64,000 bases of DNA from Octopus sinensis (GCF_006345805.1 NC_043019.1:16119360-16183359); one strand, 5' to 3'; positions 21,330 through 33,240 are shown, counted from the first letter of the stretch. Program-made: numbers and translations. The notes: generated by a model from the letters alone, not told the origin.

Positions 21330-22700
21330 TCTCTCTCTCTCTGACCCTACCTCCCAACCCGGCTCGTTCCCCTGCTCCCGCCCACGTTGCCGCACTTGCC
21401 CTTACCTCTCCAACACCACCCGCCTCACTAGCACCCACCATCGACCCTATCCCATCATCCACTCCTTCACCTGCACCTCCAGCAATATTATCTATTGCAT
21501 CTCTTGCTCTCTCTGCAATTCCTTGTACATCGGACAAAGGGACGCCGCTTGGCTGACCGGTTCGCGGAACACACCTTCGTGACATCCACCTTGCGAACGA
21601 CACACCGGTCTCACGCCATTTCCGCTCCACCGGTCACTCCTTGCAACACCTATCTGTGTTCGGTTTGTCCTTACACAGAGGCCATCCGGATTCCCGTTTG
21701 CGCCGTGAACAGGAATTAATCTTCTCTCTTCGCTCTTATACGCCATTTGGTCTCAACTCTCCCCCCCTCCTCATCTAACCTCACCCCCCTCCTCACCTAT
21801 CCTTTCTTCCCCCGACCCCTACTTCTTCAGTCCTTCATCCTTTCACCCCTACTCCCCTTCCCTTCTTCCCTCTTTCTCCCTCCCTCTTCCCCTTCCCTCT
21901 GCTCCCTCACTCCCTCTCTCCCCTTCTCTCTCCCCCTCATCCCCTTCCTTCCCCCCCATCCTCTCCTCTCCCCCTTCTCCTCCCCCTCTTCTTCCCCTCC
22001 CTTCTCTCCCCCCTCTTCTCCCCGTCCCCCTCTTCTCCTCACTACACCACATGACTTTCACATCACATCACATATGATGTGCCATACTAATACACACACC
22101 AACTATACATACTAATACGTACTAATACATACTAATACTTACACACAACCCTATACATACACACGTCCAGACCCCGCATACGCACTTATACTCTCTCACA
22201 CCACACACACACCACCTATACATACCAATACGTACTAATACATACTAAACATACTAATACATACACCAACCACCCCATACATACGCACGTCCAGACCAAT
22301 CTTACGCACTAATACTCTCTCATACACACACACCCTTATACATACTAATACATACACCAACCCTATACATACACACATCCAGACCCCTCCCACGCACTTT
22401 TAGCTGGTCCCTCACCCATTTATCAACCCTATTATCTCCCCTTATTTCGCTCTCGCGTCTCATGTTTGATCTTTGACCTCTGGCCGAAATCAGATCGCCA
22501 TGTTGATTCGTTAGCTACTGCACGCATTTTTTTTCTCTCCTTCTTTCTGTGTTTTTCTCTCTCTGTGTATCTTTCTGTTGAAGAGCGTAGGCTCGAAACG
22601 TTAAAGACTTGTTTTATTTTATTTCCTGAGCGCCATACTAATACAATTGTTCGTTTGTTTTCCACCTGCCTTCGTCTTTTGTTTATTTCATAAAGCTTCC
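21330..22700 (+). mobile_element. Penelope-like element 3' part: GIY-YIG endonuclease relic, polypyrimidine tract, minisatellite and pLTR
   Basis: PGSFPCSRPRCRTCP..FTCTSSNIIYCISCSLCNSLYIGQ(T)GRRLADRFAEH; hammerhead-like motif in the downstream pLTR-like segment. Confidence 0.85.
22570..22607 (+). ncRNA. Degenerate minimal hammerhead (A6U core change)
   Basis: UCUUU-CUGUUGA-A-GAGC-guag-GCUC-GAA-ACGU-U-AAAGA. Confidence 0.55.
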
Positions 22701-22759
22701 CGTTATATATATATGTATATATATATATATGTATGTTATATATATATGTATATATATAT

Positions 22760-22796
<37 letters not shown>

Positions 22797-23364
22797 GCAT
22801 ACTTATGTGTATATGTATACAAACTCCTTTAGTGCATATGTTCATGAATGTTCATATACATATACATAAATGCACATACATACAAATGCACACTTTTATA
22901 CACACATAAATATGTATGTATGCATGCATATATGTACATATGTACACACTCGTGATGTATATATATATTTGTGTGTGTGTGTGTATGTGTGTTGGTGTTT
23001 GTGTATATATATATTTCATGGTATTTGTGTTAGTTTTCTTTTAACCAATCTTTAATATTTCCCATTTACATCTAATTAAAAATAATATTCTTGCACCGAA
23101 AATGCCAAATGTTTTTCAGGAACTTGGAATATTCTAAGAATAATTGACTCCATGTTTTATTCCGTTCTTCTCAGAAGAATTTGCTATATATATATTTTTT
23201 TCTTTGTTTGGTATTTTTGTCACCTATTTATTTTCAGACTGATAAATTCTTAGAGAGGGGCTCCAAACACAGGTAAATATAGCAACAATAAGTGCACAAA
23301 TAAGGTTAATGGGAAGAGGTAGGGGGAAGGATGGCCAGAGACACAAAAATGTGTTTTGAGGAAT

Positions 23365-23655
23365 GGTTTCAGTTTTGTGATAGGGGTTCGAAACAAAGGT
23401 TAAGGTTAGAGTTTTGTGAGAGGGGTTCAAGACAAGGGTTAAGGTTAGAGTTTTGTGAGAGGGGTTCAAAACAAATGTTAAGGTTAGAGTTTTGTGATAG
23501 GGGTTCAAGACAGGGGTTAGGGTTAGAGTTTTCTGATAGGGGTTCGAAACAAGGTTAGGGTTAGAGTTTTGTGATAGGGGTTTGAGACAGGGGTTAGGGT
23601 TAAAGTTTTGTGATAGGGGTTTGAGACAGGGGTTAGGGTTAGAGTTAGGATTAAT
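23365..23655. repeat. ~39-bp minisatellite with telomere-like GGGTTA motifs
   Basis: Unit ~gttttgtgataggggttygaracaagggttagggttaga, about seven copies. Confidence 0.85.
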
Positions 23656-23693
23656 GATTGTGGTTGGAGTTGGAATTGGCAATTAGGATTAGA

Positions 23694-23888
23694 GTTATTC
23701 TTTCTCTGTTATCCCTTCTCTGTTATTCTTCCTCTGTTATTCTTCCTCTGTTATTTTTTCTCTGTTATTCTTTCTCTGTTATTCTTTCTCTGTTATTCTT
23801 TCTCTGTTGTTCTTTCTTTGTTATTCTTCCTCTGCTATTCTTCCTCTGTTATTCTTCCTCTGTTATTCCCCTGTTATTCTTTCTCTGT
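23694..23888 (+). repeat. ~14-bp pyrimidine-rich minisatellite forming the exon 4 polypyrimidine tract
   Basis: (ttattctttctctg)-like units with no AG until the acceptor at 23889-23890. Confidence 0.9.
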
Positions 23889-23890
23889 AG

Positions 23891-24033
23891 ACGATTATAT
23901 TCATTCGAGACAAGAACTTTCGAGGCCATGAAATGTCAGGTTACATAGATTATGCTCACAGACTGAAGACAGAAGACTTTGAGCCATATTTTCTTGGAAA
24001 GAAGCGTCTGCAACCAAGACCAACAGATTTAAG
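23891..24033 (+). CDS. CFAP299: CFAP299 exon 4
   Basis: ctgtag|[47 protein letters not shown]+AG|gtaatt (143 nt). Confidence 0.96.
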
Positions 24034-24741
24034 GTAATTGAAAGCATTTTTGTGGCTCCTTTTTACTCCTCTCTAAATTGGTAAGTGAAAAGGAATTAGA
24101 TATTTTCTCACTGGCAATGTCTTCTTTGGACTCAGAACTTGGTCTGTCCCCCATTCTTATGGGGGGATCATAGGACCAAAACGAACTCTTATTAATTGTA
24201 CCTCCCCCCTCCCCACCAAAAACACATGTACCCCACTACATAATGTGTGTGACCACATTCGAAAAATCATCTTCGTCACCATCACCACCACCACTACCAT
24301 AATCATCATCATCAACATCATCATCATCATTGCCCATCATCGTCATCATCATCGTCGTCATCATCATCATCATCATCATCATCACCATTGCCCATCATCA
24401 TCATCGTCATTGTCATCATCTTCGTTGTCCTCATCTTTGTTGTTGCCATCGTCGTCGTCATTGCCTTCATCATCATCATCTTCGTCCTCATCATTCGCCT
24501 CTTCTTCTCCTCCTCGTCATCGTCACCGTATGTTATCATGTTCCTTACACTCTGAGTTCAAATTGTGTGTTGAGGTTACTTTGCCTCTTATCCTCAAAAT
24601 GGGGGTCAATAGAATAAAATAACAGTCAAGAACTGGGGGTCGAAGTATTCAACTAGCCCTCTCCCCTAAAAATTCCAGGCCTTGTACCTATGGTATAAAC
24701 GAACATCATCATCATCATCATCATCATTTATATTATCGATG

Positions 24742-24803
<62 letters not shown>

Positions 24804-24959
24804 TCTATTCATGTTGTTCATTGTGATGTTGTTTTATGATCCGATGTACAATGTCATTCAATTCTGCCATTTCCTTGGAAGTTAGAACATCCGCAAAGAA
24901 ATCGATATCATGTGACTTCACAAAGGAACAACAAAGTTTGAGACGTACAATACAAACGC

Positions 24960-25377
24960 AATTTTACACACACACACACATACGCAGCCATATATATATA
25001 TACACACACACATATATATATGTATTCTTATAAGATGTGTATATATAAATTATATATAGGTATTTGTGTGTGTATTTATATATACACATTCAAACATACA
25101 TTCATTCATACATCCATGTTTATATACATATAACGTGTATATGTAACTGTAGATATGTACAAAGTAAATAGGTTTATATATGTACACATATGTGTGTGTG
25201 TGTCTGTCTATATATGTATGTATATATATATGTATATATGCATGCATATCTATGTACATGTGTATATATATCTGTGTGACTGCCCATAACAATTAACTTC
25301 CTGATGATATATAGATATATAGATATATACACACATACACTATATATATACACCATGTATATATGTATATATATATA

Positions 25378-25421
<44 letters not shown>

Positions 25422-25593
25422 CATATTATATATAACATATATACATATATATAATATATACACATATATATATATCTATATATACACTAATACGATATAT
25501 ATATATAACATACATATATATATATATAATATACATAACATATATATATAACATACATATGTATATACACATACATACATATAAATATACACA

Positions 25594-25646
<53 letters not shown>

Positions 25647-26144
25647 TACGCACCATGCATATATAGATACATGCCCACTAATAAACATCTCCCTTTAATT
25701 TAGCGCAAACTTTTCTTCCCCTCTGCCTTCCATAGAATCCGCAATTCTTTCCCCATTCTGTTAAATGGTTTATATATGGTGACACAGTTATTTAATACAA
25801 TGTCAGACCTCGTGACACACATAAGGTACTGATGATTAAGAGTTCACACGTATATATGTACATATACGCATAAATATTTAAACACTTCCACGCATATATA
25901 TATATAGGCCCATATATATGTATATACATTTATTACATACATAGATATATGCATACACGCTTACATACGGATGTGTGTGTGTGTGTGTTTATGTGTGCGT
26001 ATATATATGTATATATATGTATGTATATATATATACACATACATATATATGTGTGTATATATATATATATATATGTATATAAGTGTATATATATATATGT
26101 GTGTGTATGTATATATATATATATATATATACACATACATATAT

Positions 26145-26175
<31 letters not shown>

Positions 26176-26333
26176 CATACATACAAATGTATATATACAC
26201 ATACATATATATGTGTGTATATATATATATTGCACACACACATGCATGTGTTTTAGTGTGTGTGTGTATGTGTGTTCATACCTGATATATATCTTAATGT
26301 GTATGAAAATATATACTTTTGTATGCAGGCATG

Positions 26334-26368
<35 letters not shown>

Positions 26369-26524
26369 CATACATACATACACATATTTACACATACATA
26401 CACGCATGCATTGAATATATATATATATATACCTAAGTATACACGTGTTTTTCGTACATAAAGTTATATATATACGCACACACACACACATATGTATAAG
26501 TGCGTGTATATATATATATATACA

Positions 26525-26556
<32 letters not shown>
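24960..26556. repeat. Complex (TA)n/(CA)n/(TG)n microsatellite field
   Basis: Visible dinucleotide runs; source of spurious YI/HT/CV ORFs. Confidence 0.95.
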
Positions 26557-26559
<3 letters not shown>

Positions 26560-27199
26560 AATTCAGCTGGAATTGTCTTCAGAAAACGGTGAGTAATTGA
26601 TTAAAGAGTCTTGAAGATGAAAAGTGAAAAGTTGCGTTCTGTAACGAGCGAAGACACCTGGTGTTGGTGTCTGCAAGTGTGCAGCTGCATATTGCACATA
26701 CAAGAGAACGAGCTTGAGGGGATTATCCAACATTATTAACAACAATAGTGAGGATGCTACAGCATGGCCGCAGTCACAGTGCTTCAACGATGGATGGACG
26801 GACTTGAGTAGAAGCGGGTAATGAGCATCATCGACATGGTCATCGTCGTTGCCAACGCCAGCATCACACCGCCATCATAATCATCATCACCATCATAATC
26901 ATCATCATCGTTGTCGTCATCATCACCATCATCCATGTTAACCATATATGTACTACACTGTCAGCCTTGCAATATATACATAAATTTAATATAAATATAT
27001 ATAAATATATGATGTATATATATATACACACATACATACATACAGGTATGTATGTACATATATGTATATGTATGCATGTATATAAGTAGATACATCTATC
27101 TATCTATCTATATATATATATATATTTATATAGTAGCTGCTTTTACTACATGTATATGTATGCATGTAATGTATATATGTATATACATCTATCTATCTA

Positions 27200-27271
<72 letters not shown>

Positions 27272-27299
27272 TCTATATATATATATATATATATATATA

Positions 27300-27468
27300 G
27301 GTGTAGGAGTGGCTGTGTGGTAAGTAGCTTGCTTACAAACCACATGGTTCCGGGTTCAGTCCCACTGCGTGGCACCTTGGGCAAGTGTCTTCTACTATAG
27401 CCTTGGACCGACCAAAGCCTTGTGACTGGATTTGGTTGACAGAAACTGAAAGAAGCCCATCATATATT

Positions 27469-27499
<31 letters not shown>

Positions 27500-27763
27500 G
27501 TACACATATTTATATATATATATATCTGTGTTTGTGTGTGTCTGTGTTTTTATGTCAGTGTCTGTCCCCCACCATCACCACTTGACAACCTATGTTGGTA
27601 TGTTTACATGCTCGTAACTTAGCGGTTTGGCAAAAGACACCGATAAAATAAGTACTAGGCTTAAAAAATAAGTCCTGGGATCGATTTGTTTGACTTAAAC
27701 CTGTCAAGGCAGTACTCCAGCATGGCCGCAATCAAATGACTGGAACAAGTAAAAGAGTAAAAG
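27300..27763 (+). mobile_element. SINE family A, full length
   Basis: A/B boxes, internal (TA)/(TG) tract, aaaagagtaaaag tail. Confidence 0.9.
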
Positions 27764-28281
27764 ATCAACTCATTACTCCTCCTCCCTCTTTTCCTTCTGT
27801 TGCTAACCCCCTTTTCTACTCTAGGCACAAGGCCCAGAATTTTGGGGTAGGAGATCAGTCGATTAGATTGACCCCAGTACGCAACTGGTACTTGATTTAT
27901 TGACCCCGAAAAGATGAAAGGCAAAGTCAACCTTGGCAGAATTTGAACTCAGAACATAATGACACGAAATACTGCTAAGCATTTGGCCCGGTGTGCTAAC
28001 AATTCTGCCAGCTTGTTACCTTACCCCCTTCGTTTTCTTCTCTTATGTTTCTTCAAGGGGGGTAGTTATAGGTTTACTTTTTCTCGATGATGTCATCTTT
28101 TATATATTCAATATTTTTTTTGTCTTTCTTTTTGATGCTATATATATATGTATATATATATATATATTTATTAGAGTTGCATTTGGTGAAAATCAGCAAT
28201 GACATCTATTCCATTTGACAGTTTTATTTCCATTTGTATCCAATAAAACAAATGGTGGTGGGTTTAATATCAAGATAAATA

Positions 28282-28460
28282 GGGACACAGATAGATTGTC
28301 TTCTCGAATTACTTGTTTTGAAAGATCCAAAGGGCCACAGGTAGTTATTATTACGAAGAACATAAAGCTTCTTAATATACCTCTGATCTGTCACTACGTT
28401 GCCTCTGAATAATATTAATACTTCAATATTTTGTTGCAGTTTCTAAAATTGGGAGATTCC
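28282..28460 (+). pseudogene. Decayed duplicate of the intron 4 3' end and start of CFAP299 exon 5
   Basis: Aligns by eye with 28944-29121; ttgcag|T TTC TAA AAT TGG GAG ATT versus the real catag|T TTC TAC AAC TGG GAG ACT. Confidence 0.8.
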
Positions 28461-28525
28461 ATACAAAATAAGACAATCTGCCTTCTCACCCGTTCAAAAA
28501 CGGTAGGCAGTTTAATATCATGATA

Positions 28526-28696
28526 GGCGCAGGAGTGGCTGTGTGGTAAGTAGCTTGTTTACCAACCACATGGTTCCGGGTTCAGTCCCACTGCGTGGCA
28601 CCTTGGACAAGTGTCTTCTACTATAGCCTCGGGCCGACCAAAGCCTTGTGAGTGGATTTGGTAGATGGAAACTGAAAGAAGCCCGTCGTATATATG

Positions 28697-28731
<35 letters not shown>

Positions 28732-28943
28732 TTGTGTGTCTGTGTTTGTCCCCCTAGCATTGCTTGACAACCGATGCTGGTGTGTTTATGTCCCTGTTAC
28801 TTAGCGGTTCGGCAAAAGAGACCGATAGAATAAGTACTGAGCTTACAAAAAAAGAATAAGTCCCGGGTCGAGTTGCTCAATTAAAGGCGGTGCTCCAGCA
28901 TGGCCGCAGTCAAATGACTGAAACAAGTAAAAGAGTAAAAGAG
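28526..28943 (+). mobile_element. SINE family A, full length
   Basis: GGCGCAGGAGTGGCTGTGTGG...GGTTCAGTCCC...gtaaaagagtaaaagag. Confidence 0.92.
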
Positions 28944-29101
28944 GAACACAGAGAGATTGTCTTTTCGTATTACTCGTTTTCAAAAATTCAAAGGACCACT
29001 GGCAGTTATTATTAGGATGAATGTAAAGATCCTTAAAAGACTTCTAATCTGTCATTACATTGCTTCTAATTAATGTAATTGCTTTTAATATTTCGTCATA
29101 G

Positions 29102-29231
29102 TTTCTACAACTGGGAGACTCAGACCTCCTCTTCTTGTCCAACGCCAAACTACCAGGTAATTGCAGAAAATGTTCAGGGTTTGATGTTCAAGAATAAAAA
29201 GGATCGCAAGATTATGAAAGTTGATCCGGGG
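29102..29231 (+). CDS. CFAP299: CFAP299 exon 5
   Basis: catag|T+[43 protein letters not shown]|gtaagt (130 nt). Confidence 0.96.
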
Positions 29232-29985
29232 GTAAGTTATGTATCTTTGAAATTTTTACTATTTTACTATTATGTAGAAGTCATGCGGTCTTGTGGATAA
29301 GGTGTTGTACTCATGACTGTAAGTTCATGGTTTCCATTCCCAGAGAGGGTGGTGTGTTGTATTAAAATCATCTTTTAATCATCATCCTTTAAATCCTAAG
29401 AAGGTTTTGCAGGTTTTTATATGTATGTACATACATGCACACACACACACACACATTGCAAACCATTAATAAGGAGTTTATAAATCCAGTACCCAAGATA
29501 CACTATCAAATTCATACCTATTATCGGAGCAACGGGATACATACTAATCCGTCCAGAGCAATGTATGTGTGTGTGTGTGTGTGTGTGTATGTAAGTATGC
29601 CTTTTATGTTGTAGGTATTTGGTGGGGAACTCACGTCAGCTGTAGAGTGGTTGGCGTTAGGAAGGGCATCCAGCTGTAGAAACTCTGCCAAATCAAGATT
29701 GGAGCCTGGTGCAGCCATCTGGTTTGCCAGCTCTCAGTCAAAATCGTTCAACCCATGCTAGCATGGAAAGTGGACGTTAAACGATGATGATGATGATGAT
29801 GATGATATTATACTCATGTCTACTTAGTTATTTATCTATATATTGTCTGTTTGTCTGGCTGTCAGTGTATGTATGTATCTCACTCACTCCTCCCTCAGTT
29901 ACTCTACCTACCTACATGTCTGTCTGTGTGTCTGTCTGCGATTCACGTGGTTTACCCACCTAATCTCCCTACTTCTCTTCCGCAG

Positions 29986-30084
29986 ACTTCCTGTCCTGGT
30001 GACAACACGACGCGAACTGAGATAAAATCTCCCAAATACATACAAGTTGTACTCTATGACCATGTGACTAGACGGAAATTATGA
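29986..30084 (+). CDS. CFAP299: CFAP299 exon 6 (terminal)
   Basis: ccgcag|TSCPGDNTTRTEIKSPKYIQVVLYDHVTRRKL-TGA. Confidence 0.95.
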   Translation, partial: TSCPGDNTTRTEIKSPKYIQVVLYDHVTRRKL

Positions 30085-30267
30085 AATTTCGGCGTGTAAC
30101 TGATTGAACGAACCAACCAATCACCACCACCACCACCACCAACCACAGCAACAACATCAATAACATCAGCTACATAACAATACATGAAATGTTTGAATAT
30201 TCTTTAAATGTTGGTCTTATTGTATAAAGTTGAGTATCTCACTGTTTATGTTTGATGTAAACTTAAA

Positions 30268-30273
30268 AATAAA
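30268..30273 (+). terminator. Probable CFAP299 polyadenylation signal AATAAA
   Basis: First AATAAA about 185 nt after the stop codon. Confidence 0.55.
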
Positions 30274-30439
30274 CAGTAGCCCTCATCATTATTATTATTA
30301 TTATTATTATTATTACTGCTTTCAAAACGGATGGATGTGTCTCCAGAGGCTCTGTAAGTTGTTGACCAATTTTATTGGAAATTTGTCTAAAAGTATACAT
30401 ATTTTTCCATATAACACTGGCCAAGCCACTAACTTCTTG

Positions 30440-32830
30440 CAGAGCTAGTTGGTTAGGCAAAATTTTACCCCATTAGGGGTAAAATTGCAGTTTGAACTTT
30501 TAAATTTTTGCAAACATACACATTTATTTTAACAAAAAATGTCTTTGAAGAGAGCAGTTAGCTGTTCTCTTCTTCAAACACCACACCCTCCACAAACACA
30601 GACAATTTTGAAAACAGCTCCAAACCGCCCATTTTGCGCCTCAAAAAGCAATAAAGAAATTTTGAAAGACCGTGTCAGCGTGTGCAGCGTTCAAAATGAC
30701 AATGCAAAAGAAGGTGTCATTTTTAACGTCATTGAAGATTTTCCTGCTCTTTCCTTCACCAGTGCTCCAATACCGGAGAAGGAGGAAAGAAAAGCAATGA
30801 ACAGCATCAACAATGACACCACCACCAGCAACAACACAAGTGAAAACCATCGTAACGGTTTCGCCTCTGCTGCAAAGCAGATCTTGGAGGAAATAAAAGT
30901 TACGATGGAAGAAATTAAAACTGCAAAGGGTTTATTGAGGAAAGAAGGGAACAGCGTATTCCTAAATACTCCTCAAGAACTAATACAGGAAACAAACAGG
31001 AAGACAATCATCTACAGGATTTTTGAAAGAAAATATAGAAAAATAAGCAACACAACACCACAACAACTAGAAATAGCTCTAAAGCCCATTTGGGCTCAAA
31101 AGGGCTATGTCACCAAAGGGAAGCGGTTTGGAACCGTGGAGGTTCTATTCCCAACGGAGGAAGATGCAAGGAAGCATGCCATTTCGCCCTTGCAGTCAAA
31201 AAGTTTGTTGCTCATACCGACATACCTTGGTCGGCGAGTAACAAAAATCAAAATTGACCAAGTGCCACCCGAGATAAGTATATCTTGGTTAGTGGCGGCT
31301 GTCCTCTATGACATAGAGGACACTGCCACTATTCTAGAAGTACACAGGTTGCAGAAGAACTGGTCAGGTATGGGAGTGAAGCTGCTGGCACAAATCCAGC
31401 AGAAAAACATAAATTCCATACCTAATTCGGTAAATTTGCCAGACGGCACCAAATTGCACGTTGCTGTAGAGGGGCGAAAGCCAAAATGCTACCTCTGCAG
31501 CAGCGAAAACCATCTGAAGAAAGACTTCCCCATTTACAAGCAAAGAATGGAGGCAGAAAAAAAGAAGCAGCAGCAGCAGCAGCAACAACAACAACAGCGT
31601 GAAACACCGAAAATTGCCACACTACCAACACCATCACCACCACCACGAAGAGCGACACCACCTCCAGCCACCACCAAACCAACACCAACACCAAGAAGGA
31701 CCACCCAGAAGGAAGCACCGACACTGTCACCAACACCAACAATTGCAGCAACAGCACCGTTTCCAACAAATATAACTGTTTTATGGCAAACTGTGAAAAC
31801 AGACCCGACAAATGTCCCCTTTCCAGATCAGGTCAGCTCGGATTGTGCGAGCACTGATAGCGAGAAAGGGGAGTGGCACACAGAAAAGACGAAAAAAAAG
31901 CAAAAAGAAACACATAACACACAGGGGAAGTGCGAACAAATAGAGCTTCCCAACATCAACCACAACAACAAACAACAACACTTTCGCCACCATTACTGCC
32001 ACACACACCAACACACACAGACACCGTTACAGCTATAAACACGGAAAATGAACAACATGTCACATTCCTGAAACAAAACACAGACACTAAAATTACTGAT
32101 TTTGTTATACCAACGCACAACACACCATCAGCACACATTCTTACCATAAAAATAAATGGAGAATAATATAACGAAATCAAGGAGAAATTCCCTAACGATG
32201 TATTGCCGAGTATTGCTGACCTGTGGGTTTATGTCGAATAGCTACTGTCGCGTATAGGATGGATCCGGCTATCAGTAGAATCCATAGTGAAGATTGCTGT
32301 GTTGACCTCCTTTAACCGGGAGGGCAAGGCAATTTTCCTTTGCCTAGTGGCTGTAGTGAAAGAGGTGGTATGGTGGACCCGTTTGAAAGGGCTAAAGTCA
32401 GACACTTTCCTCTTTGGCCGAGGCCTCAACAACTTTTTCAAGTTTCACTTGAAAAGGAAGGTGAGAGTAGAGAGGGAAGTGCTGTCTCGTAGCAAGTTTA
32501 CTGAAAGGTGGATAAATGTCGCAAGAATGGCCAGTATGAACGGACCAATTCTGAGGATACACCTGTGATATAAAAAGGTAATATGAAAGGAGAAGGGGCT
32601 CTCTACCCCTTTTTGATCAGGCTCCCGTGGTTTTTATGGGTTTTTCCACGAGTAACCTTTTGAAGTGCCTCCCCCTATTGGGAGTTTAATTTGATATATT
32701 TTTCGTTGTTATTTTAATGTTTACACGGATCTTTCTTTTTGGACAAAACCCTTTGTACTTTTCGTCCTGTCTTTGTCCTTACATGTTTTTCTTGATTTAT
32801 ATTAGCCTTTGTGGCCAATAAACCAGAATT
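30440..32830 (+). mobile_element. Tx1-derived ORF1-only (HAL1-like) non-autonomous retrotransposon; 5' boundary approximate
   Basis: Open ORF1, a ~170-nt spacer, then a direct jump (~32205) into the last ~110 codons of ORF2 and the 3' UTR; (ATT)n tail; no EN/RT sequence. Confidence 0.8.
30539..32038 (+). CDS. LINE ORF1p (gag-like): RRM-like region, degenerate zinc knuckle, polyQ and Pro/Thr-rich tail, 499 aa
   Basis: PTYLGRRVTKIKIDQVPPEI is a typical L1/Tx1 ORF1 RRM segment; GRKPKCYLCSSENHLKKDFP is CX2CX4HX4 with the last Cys replaced by Phe (TTC, 31526-31528). Confidence 0.8.
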   Translation: MSLKRAVSCSLLQTPHPPQTQTILKTAPNRPFCASKSNKEILKDRVSVCSVQNDNAKEGVIFNVIEDFPALSFTSAPIPEKEERKAMNSINNDTTTSNNTSENHRNGFASAAKQILEEIKVTMEEIKTAKGLLRKEGNSVFLNTPQELIQETNRKTIIYRIFERKYRKISNTTPQQLEIALKPIWAQKGYVTKGKRFGTVEVLFPTEEDARKHAISPLQSKSLLLIPTYLGRRVTKIKIDQVPPEISISWLVAAVLYDIEDTATILEVHRLQKNWSGMGVKLLAQIQQKNINSIPNSVNLPDGTKLHVAVEGRKPKCYLCSSENHLKKDFPIYKQRMEAEKKKQQQQQQQQQQRETPKIATLPTPSPPPRRATPPPATTKPTPTPRRTTQKEAPTLSPTPTIAATAPFPTNITVLWQTVKTDPTNVPFPDQVSSDCASTDSEKGEWHTEKTKKKQKETHNTQGKCEQIELPNINHNNKQQHFRHHYCHTHQHTQTPLQL

Positions 32831-32831
32831 G

Positions 32832-32866
<35 letters not shown>

Positions 32867-32881
32867 CATTATTATTATTAT

Positions 32882-33240
32882 TTGATGAAAACTCACAGCT
32901 TATTTTGCTGGGTATGATTGAAAGCGACAGCTGTCCACAGCCAGCAGACTAAGGACACAGTTGTCAATTGGTCAAGCTCCAAGAACACTGCGGAGAATCC
33001 TTGCAGTTCCAACCAATTTTTGTAGGTGTTCTACCTTTACATTTCTACCAATCTTTTTCAGTCATGTTGGTAATTGAGTACTGATACTTGTAAGTGCACC
33101 AGTTACTATCGGTACCACGTCTTCTCTCTTCACTGACCACAACCTTCGTATTTCCCAGTTCAAATCATCATCATGTCCAGTTTTTCTTCTCTTTCTTTCA
33201 TCCTGTTGTCACTAGGGCATGCTATGTCGATTATCATTTT
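32882..33240 (-). mobile_element. R4/Dong-like non-LTR retrotransposon 3' relic (RLE region)
   Basis: IIDIACPSDNRMKEREEKL..DDLNWEIRRLWSVKREDVVPIVTGAL..LQK..GTARILRSVLGA; ends in (AAT)n. Confidence 0.75.

Noticed and set aside
24960-26560. Many 60-220 aa ORFs made of YI/HT/CV/YM repeats (also 15176-15604, 33571-34337, 41371-43390, 50568-51148)
   Set aside because: Translations of (TA)n, (CA)n and (TACA)n microsatellites; no coding signal.
28526-28600. tRNA-like sequences with A and B boxes (many copies)
   Set aside because: They are SINE heads continuous with SINE bodies; I could not fold a proper cloverleaf.
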